A stretch of 62,939 nt of DNA, the filler included. It is 7 parts of 7 records of this genome, joined end to end, with 100 filler letters (N's around TTAATTAATTAA, not from the genome) between each part and the next. Parts side by side here need not be neighbours in the genome. Positions count along the whole stretch, not along the records: positions 52,269 to 57,822 come from SRR31156797_13711; positions 57,923 to 62,939 come from SRR31156797_13713; 5 more parts are not named here. The stretch is one strand, 5' to 3'. The number at the start of each line of letters is the position of its first letter. The first letter of the stretch is position 1. Of this stretch, positions 56,802 to 62,939 are shown piece by piece. A program made the position numbers and the translations under genes. The notes below the pieces were generated by a model that was not told the origin of the DNA, did no database searches, and saw only the letters and a list, made by a program, of their open reading frames with translations.

Positions 56802-57080
56802 ATGGCGTCAAAAAAGCAACCTCGAACCAGGAAAAAGCCCGCTCGCAGGTTTCAGTTTCAACTGGGCTGGTCTGGTTTTTTCGGGGTAATTGTTGTTGTC
56901 TTGTGCCTCTTTCTTTGGATGTTTATGCTGGGTGTGTGGGCTGGTCAGACTATTCTTTTGCCACATGTTGGTATGAAGCCGGTTGCGGTATCAACAAAGG
57001 GGCACCAGTCCAATCGCTTGTCACCGGTTTTGCCAAAAATTTATCCGCAAGGCAGGAAAAAACAATTAGGTAATCAGTGA
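56802..57080 (+). CDS. Short single-TM protein after argS (resembles the N-terminus of SPOR/FtsN-like proteins)
   Basis: Basic N-terminus, one TM (FLWMFMLGVWAG), short tail. Confidence 0.55.
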   Translation: MASKKQPRTRKKPARRFQFQLGWSGFFGVIVVVLCLFLWMFMLGVWAGQTILLPHVGMKPVAVSTKGHQSNRLSPVLPKIYPQGRKKQLGNQ

Positions 57081-57269
57081 GGGAGTTTGACAGCGCTGCT
57101 AATTGGAGCAGAGTAGTGTGGATTACTTATGATTATTGTGAAAATATGTAACTCCTCTTGAATAGTGACAATATAAGGAAATTGTTGACAATTGAGCAGG
57201 TTACCCCCCTGTTTATAACGAATCCGGGCGAAACCAATAAGTCCACGTAGTAAAATCAGTCTAACAGTA

Positions 57270-57767
57270 ATGGAAAAGAATAATTGCAGCAGTTTGACTG
57301 GCAGAATCCGTCCCGCGAGAATGAGTGATGTCAGGGCCATCCATAAGTTACTCATGTTTTTTGCCAGCAGGGACCTCATGCTGCCAAAGTCGATCAGCGC
57401 CCTGTATGACTACTTGCGAGATTTTGTAGTTTATGAGGAGGCGGGTGAAATACAAGGCATCTGCTCACTTCACATTTGTTGGGATGATCTGGCTGAAATA
57501 CGCTCCTTGGCAGTAATGGAAGAGAAGCAGGGGAGCGGAATTGGGAGAGAATTGGTTCAGTCTTGTCTTGACGAGGCAAAGAGCCTGGAAATATCACAGG
57601 TTTTCGTGCTCACCTATCAGGCTGATTTTTTTAAAGGCTTTGGTTTTGTAGATAAGAATAAACAGGAACTTCCCCACAAGATTTGGAGTGATTGTATCCA
57701 CTGTTCCAAGTTTCCGGACTGCGATGAGGATGCACTGGTTCACATAACCACACCCCACCACTGTTAA
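57270..57767 (+). CDS. argA: Short GNAT N-acetylglutamate synthase-like N-acetyltransferase
   Basis: IRPARMSDV, LAEIRSLAV, GSGIG, VFVLTY, LPHKIWSDCIHCSKFPDCDE. Confidence 0.8.
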   Translation: MEKNNCSSLTGRIRPARMSDVRAIHKLLMFFASRDLMLPKSISALYDYLRDFVVYEEAGEIQGICSLHICWDDLAEIRSLAVMEEKQGSGIGRELVQSCLDEAKSLEISQVFVLTYQADFFKGFGFVDKNKQELPHKIWSDCIHCSKFPDCDEDALVHITTPHHC

Positions 57768-57822
57768 ACGTAATATCGTAACTATCCAGCAGACCCCACG
57801 GAGTCTGCGCTTACCTCTGCGC

Positions 57823-57922
57823 NNNNNNNNNNNNNNNNNNNNNNNNNNNNNNNNNNNNNNNNNNNNTTAATTAATTAANNNNNNNNNNNNNNNNNNNNNN
57901 NNNNNNNNNNNNNNNNNNNNNN
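57823..57922. other. Artificial contig spacer
   Basis: 44 N + TTAATTAATTAA + 44 N. Confidence 0.98.
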
Positions 57923-59179
57923 GCTTTTGGCTTTACGCCTGAGTGAATCATCCGCGCTGCTGTAAGGGTTGTCATCAAAATAGGCATTCAAGACGCGCTC
58001 CCAGGCTTTAGCCTTATTACCAGGCGAAAGACGGGAGTCGCGTCCCAATCGCTCAGCCTCCTTGAATGCTTTTTCCATCTCCTGCTGCCACTTTCTCCAC
58101 TTATCTTTAGCTTCCGCTTCCTGTTTAAGGTCGCCAAAATCAATTCGGGCGACCGAAGGCGGAGCAACAGGCGCTGAAGGGGATGGTGCAGAGGGCGGCG
58201 GAACCGGCGCGGTAGAAGAAGATGATACAGAGGCGCCCGACGATGCCGCGCCGGGTATAAAGTAAAACGGTGCACTGATGGATTGGTTAACCCAGGGCTC
58301 CTGTTCTCCCCCGGACGCCGCCACTACTTCGTTACGCGTGTTTATAAACACATCTGTAAGACGAAGACCGGGCGTCCTCATATTTTTAAGCAAACTGGAC
58401 GTAAACAGCCCGTTTCGGCCGAAGCCGTCAGCGGCAAAGGAATTCGGTTGAGTTGAAAATGCTACAAAGGAACCGCTGGGTGCACTCATACCGGCCAGGC
58501 CTCCACGCCCCGCTCCTCGAAATGCGGATCGAAACGGGTTTTCACGGCAGGCGTCCAGAATAATGATGTTCATGGGGTTGCCTGCGTCTCTCATGGCGTC
58601 CAATATGTACGAAGCGGACAGGCACTTGTGTTTCACATCAAATTGACGCCGGACCTCCGCATCCACCGGAACCAGGTAGTTTTCGCCATTAATTTGCAAA
58701 CCGTGACCGGCAAAAAACAAAAGACCAACGCTTTTCGGCCCCTTTTTTATTTCATCGGAAAACCGGACAACGGATTCCTCCATTTGGGCAAGACCCACAT
58801 TGATTTTTTTAATGACCTTGAAACCGCATGCCTGGAGGGCGCTCGCCATATCCTCGGCATCATGGGCGGGATTTCGCAACGACTTGAAATCGCCGTTTCG
58901 GTATTCCCCATTACCAATAATCAGTGCTATACGTCTGCCTTTGCCGGACGTCGATGTATTACGGACAATTCCTCGCCTGTCCTGCCCGCTTCCCTGCCCA
59001 CGTACTGAAGCGGCATCCTGCCTTTGTTGCGAGCCGGACGGAAGGCATGCCGGCATCAGCATCAAGACAAATACAAGTATGGCGGCCAATGTCAGGCCGG
59101 CTCGTAATTTTCGCAGGAAAACTTGATCAAATTGTTTTTTAAAACAGGATGTTTCGCGCAATCCGATGAACTTTTTCAT
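57923..59179 (-). CDS. Caspase-family (peptidase C14) protein, probably exported, 3'-truncated
   Basis: GGAGGA RBS; hydrophobic leader ending MPAC; ALIIGN..Y, L.NP.HDA, FAGHG, ILDACR catalytic dyad; Ser/Pro/Ala linker. Confidence 0.9.
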
Positions 59180-59673
59180 TACTGTTATTCCTCCGCAACT
59201 TCCGATAAACCAGCCAACAAGCGGTCATAAACATGAGAATCCCGGATGATTTATATATGCACCTGCTTATTTAGACGGACGCCAAGCGGGCGGAGAACGC
59301 ATTTAAGCAATTTAATAACTTTATGGATCGTTAACCGCGCCGGATTATAAACGCCCCGTCCAACTCCCCCGCTTCAGACGGCCCTTATATTGATATATGC
59401 AAATAATTAAACAAGCTACGCCCCCACCAGCTTTTCATTTCATCTTTTACCTTGAAGTATATTTCGGTTTTTCCGATATCTTGTCAATAGTTTAAGAAAA
59501 TAGAGACGAAAAATATGAAAGAGAGGTGAAATGATCTAAATTGTTTCCCTTCTGAAGCGTAACATATTATTATACTGGTGGAACAAGCCTCGGTTAAGGA
59601 CGCCGTGCCGTTAGTTTCAATTCTGGCATGGCAGAGCAAATGGGCGCTAAGAATTCTATTGGTGGTACGTTGT

Positions 59674-62600
59674 ATGATGCGAATCCTATTTGACAAGCAG
59701 GACCATGAGTTACTCAACCTGGTAAATGACGTCCTTGACAAACAGTCATCAAGCACTTATTTAAAAACGCTGTTTGATCCTTACCTTCATCCCAACGGCA
59801 TTAAGGAACTGGCCGCGGCCAAGGACCTGCGCATTGCGTACGCCATGATACACCTTCTCGATTCCCTGGAAGTCGGCATGTCGGAAGAGCGATTGATGGC
59901 GTTAAGATCGGTCAGGGACGAGGTTATGCATTGTTCCAGCAGCACCCTGATATACAATACGGGCAGGGTTTTGCTTCAAATAATGAAGGAATTGGTCAGA
60001 GCCAAGGGGGATTATCGACGCCAGCTCGAACTGGCCCATGATTTTAGAAGGGCCACATCGGGCAACCCCAGGATTATCCGGTCGCAGCTAAAGCGTTACG
60101 ATCTTTTGGAAATGCCGGAGAGCTGGAATCAGATTACTTTTGACGATCATGTCCACGACGCCAACACAAAAGGCAGGAAATCCGCGACCCACCTGGTAAT
60201 GGACGCCTGGATAAAGGGCATCCGCTCTTTGACCATTATTCATTACAATTACGTGAAACCGGAAGCGGCCGAGGAATTATTGGAAGCGGCTGAAATAATG
60301 GGGATAAAAGTCCGCATCGGCGTGGAATATTCAGCCAGGTTCAGGGACGGCAGAATACACCTGATCTGGATACCCCGTTACCTTGTTGATTCGAACGATT
60401 ACCTTAATTTTTTGGCCCAACCGGATGTGGCCGGCCTTTTTGTTCATGGAAAAAAAGCTTCGGATTACCAGCAGAAGGTAATTTACAAAGCACTGGATGA
60501 TTTCAATCAGAGAGACCTGCCCGCGTTAAATGAATCCTATGGATTGAAGCTAAGCCCCATTTCGCTGGAGGGATTCAGGGAATACGTCGGAAAGGGCCAG
60601 GCTTCCATGCTTCACCTGGCCATGTACATCCACCAGGTCATGATGCCAGCGATGGAAAAAAGAACCAAGCAACTCAGGGCGGAGTATGAAGACGCCGAAC
60701 CGGAACGCAGGACGGAAATCGAGAATACGATAAAATCCATGAACGAATTGGTTTCCGATGTTATTTTGGAAAATTATCTGCCCAAGGTCGGAAAAGCCCA
60801 ATCTGATTATATTTTGAATTCAAACGACGGTTCTCCTCCGGATATCTTGAATCTTTCCCCGCCGGATCTGATAAAGAGCGTTGCCGATTTACACACGGCT
60901 TTCAGTATCACCCTGAACCTGAGCCACCTAAGCCTGGTTGACGTTCTGGAACTTTTATACGACTGCCAGGGCCGTATTTCTCACCTCGAAATATTCAATT
61001 TAAAGGATTTCGCGGGCGGTGAAACAGAGGAAGTATTAAAGATAAATGAATTAAGGCTGGCGCTTAACCATGGCAATGTTTTAATCCTGAAACGTTTTAT
61101 CCGGGAAATAATAGACCAACAGGCCGAACCCACAGATCCGGACGCTCATGCCCGACTGGAAAAACTGAAGCTGATACTGCACAATGTCGGCCTCTTTCAC
61201 AGTTATTACCGCAAGACGCCGCTTAAAGTCCGCATGGGCAGCGATTCCACAGGGCGGGCGGATCGCAAGCCGGGCATGGGGCTGGCCATTATGGATACGC
61301 TTGGCCGCAGGGCGCAAAAGGATCTGGACCGGACGACCAACCCCTGGCGGCGGGGAATTCCAATTCGCATTGATGCATTTTTAAGAACCACGCACGTGTT
61401 TACCGCCAATAAAAATCCCGTCATTGCCAAAATAGCCGGGGTGATGAGGAGAATCCCGGTTATACGGTCCCTGGTGACCACAAAGCAGGAAGACTGGGTG
61501 GCGCCCAAGCCGTCAACAAGGATATCCGATAACGGCAATGTGGTTTCCCTGAGCGCGGTCAGCAATATCAAGGACAATGGGCTCAAGCTGTCCGAAGAAG
61601 AAGAACCGATAAGAAAACCAACGTTTTCGTGGAGTTATCTTAACAGCGGTTTAAAAATATTCTTAAAAATATTAATAGGCTTTATACCCGCCTTTTTAAC
61701 TTTCATGCTGACCAAGCAGTGGTGGGTGCTGGCTTACCTGGGCGCTTTTATCTGGTTCGGCATAACCGGTTTGCGCAACATTCTGCAATCCGTATTGGGC
61801 GGCGGCGGTTTGCACCGTTCCCCGGTGTTAAGGTGGAACAATTATGTAAGCTGGGACCGTTTGGCGGATTCGCTCTTTTATACCGGCTTTTCAGTCCCTC
61901 TTTTGGACTATATAGTTAAAACCCTGTTTCTCGACGGGCTCTTGAATATCACGACCGCCACCAACCCCCTGGCCCTGTATACAATCATGGCCCTGGCCAA
62001 CGGCGTATACATATCCGGACACAATATTTTCCGAGGCTTGCCCAAGGAAGCGATATACGGAAACTTTTTTCGCAGCATATTATCGATTCCCCTGGCCGTG
62101 GCTTTCAACGGCCTGATAGGAGGCATCCTGGTCGCCTATGGAGTAAAGGGGACCGATGTCATTCTGCAGAAATGGGCCGCGGTTATATCCAAGGCCGCAT
62201 CCGACTGTGTAGCCGGCATAATAGAGGGAACCGCGGACCGCCGCCACAATATGCGCATGCGGTATCTGGATTACATGGGCAAGCTCAACCAGCTTTTTGA
62301 CGCCATTTCCAGGCTGGCGCTGTATTTCCCGGATGAAGATGTAATGGAAATGCTTGAATCTCCGAAGGAATTCATGGCCGCGGTCAGCAGCGAAGCCAGG
62401 CAGCTGGAAAAGGTCGTGATAATAAACGCTCTGGATTTATTATATTTCTGGATGTACCAACCCCGGGCCAGAAGCGTCTTGACCGACCTGCTTGAGGACA
62501 TGTCTGAACTGGAAAGGCTATTAATAGAAAGGACCCAATCGGTTCTTTGCCGGCAGAGAGAAATAAGTCAGATGTTTGTAGACGGCCTTGTCGGAAGGAA

Positions 62601-62763
62601 TTTTTCCCGGCCGCTGTCATTTTATCTGGACCGTTCAGACCAGTATCTAAAATCAATGGTCAAGGCGTTCGGCAGCCTGCCGGTATCGCCCGGTTCCGAA
62701 CGCGATATAAATTTCAGTTGCCTTATGCGGACCGATTTTAATCAATTGCTGGATAAGAGGTAA
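59674..62763 (+). CDS. Large hypothetical protein: degenerate PHP-like metallohydrolase domain plus C-terminal membrane domain
   Basis: DDHVHD, GIRSLTIIHYN, IGVEYS, GSDSTG; several TMs in the C-terminal third. Start ATG 59674 preferred (track gives 59578). Confidence 0.7.
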   Translation: MMRILFDKQDHELLNLVNDVLDKQSSSTYLKTLFDPYLHPNGIKELAAAKDLRIAYAMIHLLDSLEVGMSEERLMALRSVRDEVMHCSSSTLIYNTGRVLLQIMKELVRAKGDYRRQLELAHDFRRATSGNPRIIRSQLKRYDLLEMPESWNQITFDDHVHDANTKGRKSATHLVMDAWIKGIRSLTIIHYNYVKPEAAEELLEAAEIMGIKVRIGVEYSARFRDGRIHLIWIPRYLVDSNDYLNFLAQPDVAGLFVHGKKASDYQQKVIYKALDDFNQRDLPALNESYGLKLSPISLEGFREYVGKGQASMLHLAMYIHQVMMPAMEKRTKQLRAEYEDAEPERRTEIENTIKSMNELVSDVILENYLPKVGKAQSDYILNSNDGSPPDILNLSPPDLIKSVADLHTAFSITLNLSHLSLVDVLELLYDCQGRISHLEIFNLKDFAGGETEEVLKINELRLALNHGNVLILKRFIREIIDQQAEPTDPDAHARLEKLKLILHNVGLFHSYYRKTPLKVRMGSDSTGRADRKPGMGLAIMDTLGRRAQKDLDRTTNPWRRGIPIRIDAFLRTTHVFTANKNPVIAKIAGVMRRIPVIRSLVTTKQEDWVAPKPSTRISDNGNVVSLSAVSNIKDNGLKLSEEEEPIRKPTFSWSYLNSGLKIFLKILIGFIPAFLTFMLTKQWWVLAYLGAFIWFGITGLRNILQSVLGGGGLHRSPVLRWNNYVSWDRLADSLFYTGFSVPLLDYIVKTLFLDGLLNITTATNPLALYTIMALANGVYISGHNIFRGLPKEAIYGNFFRSILSIPLAVAFNGLIGGILVAYGVKGTDVILQKWAAVISKAASDCVAGIIEGTADRRHNMRMRYLDYMGKLNQLFDAISRLALYFPDEDVMEMLESPKEFMAAVSSEARQLEKVVIINALDLLYFWMYQPRARSVLTDLLEDMSELERLLIERTQSVLCRQREISQMFVDGLVGRNFSRPLSFYLDRSDQYLKSMVKAFGSLPVSPGSERDINFSCLMRTDFNQLLDKR

Positions 62764-62798
62764 GATTAAGCCCTTATAAGAAATTGTTTATTTTTATA

Positions 62799-62939
62799 TT
62801 ACGAATCCGTCTTATCCTCTTGAAGGGCTGAATTGCCCCGATAGGCGATTACTCTCATTTTTTCAAGGGTTATAAGGCCTTCGGTTATCAGTTCGTCCAA
62901 TAACGGTAAAAAACCCTCTATTCGATCCGGAGTATCCAC
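62799..62939 (-). CDS. DUF190 (PII-like) protein, C-terminal fragment
   Basis: Not in the ORF track. Manual translation gives [34 protein letters not shown]...*. Confidence 0.75.
   Translation of the reverse strand: MDTPDRIEGFLPLLDELITEGLITLEKMRVIAYRGNSALQEDKTDS

Noticed and set aside
57081-57269. Structured RNA or riboswitch (GGCGAAACC) or Rex box (TTGTGAAA) upstream of argA
   Set aside because: Only partial motifs, with no supporting paired stems or second half-site.
9959-57922. Six recurring TTAATTAATTAA motifs flanked by N runs, as a biological repeat or array
   Set aside because: Each is an identical 100-bp construct with stops in all frames and sharp composition changes on either side, i.e. 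concatenation spacers. Track ORFs running into them (e.g. 9664-10014, 51857-52216) have artificial ends.
58150-58260. Short repeats in the caspase gene as a DGR variable region or tandem array
   Set aside because: Simply encodes a low-complexity Pro/Ser/Ala linker; no template repeat or reverse transcriptase is visible.
30656-59179. Linking the STAND NTPase/TIR genes with the caspase as one NLR-caspase system
   Set aside because: They lie on different contigs from apparently different phyla.
1-62939. CRISPR arrays, tRNA/rRNA genes, transposases, selenocysteine or recoded genes
   Set aside because: No repeat-spacer periodicity, cloverleaf or rRNA signature, transposase motif, or gene interrupted by an in-frame stop was seen by eye. 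Dedicated scanners were not run.

Overview
This window is not one locus. It is seven unrelated contigs joined by identical artificial 100-bp spacers (44 N + TTAATTAATTAA + 44 N), so adjacency across spacers means nothing. Taxon guesses come from composition and gene content only. (1) 1-9958, Desulfobacterota-like: an acyl-CoA catabolic cluster with three ADP-forming acyl-CoA synthetase alpha subunits, one beta subunit, a thiolase-like protein, TetR, an iron-sulfur flavoprotein and an M55 peptidase. (2) 10059-22156, very AT-rich, Campylobacterota/Arcobacter-like: a 12-CXXCH multiheme cytochrome with two thioredoxin-fold paralogs (one cysteine-less), two two-component systems, a REC-GGDEF protein and a ccsA tail. 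(3) 22257-31840, Bacteroidota: pcm, then a tightly packed operon of queuosine-precursor transporter, NTP-translocase-like MFS-HEAT-cNMP-like fusion, HAMP-PP2C phosphatase, triple TIR-like protein and nSTAND NTPase. (4) 31941-38422: a sulfated-polysaccharide/O-glycosylation locus. (5) 38523-52168, GC-rich, Alphaproteobacteria-like: an RpfF/RpfC DSF quorum-sensing module, an atypical diheme CCP/MauG-family enzyme with a Sel1 partner, and a fucose-isomerase-like/GH31/TRAP operon (candidate sulfo-sugar catabolism). (6) 52269-57822, Desulfobulbales-like housekeeping: aor start, ferredoxin, alr, argS, argA. (7) 57923-62939: a C14 caspase-family protein, a large degenerate-PHP membrane protein and a DUF190 tail. 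No rRNA, tRNA, CRISPR array or transposase was recognised. The best candidates for undescribed systems are the Bacteroidota transporter-PP2C-TIR-STAND operon and the isomerase-GH31-TRAP operon with its neighbouring non-canonical diheme enzyme. All family calls are from motif recognition; no searches were run.
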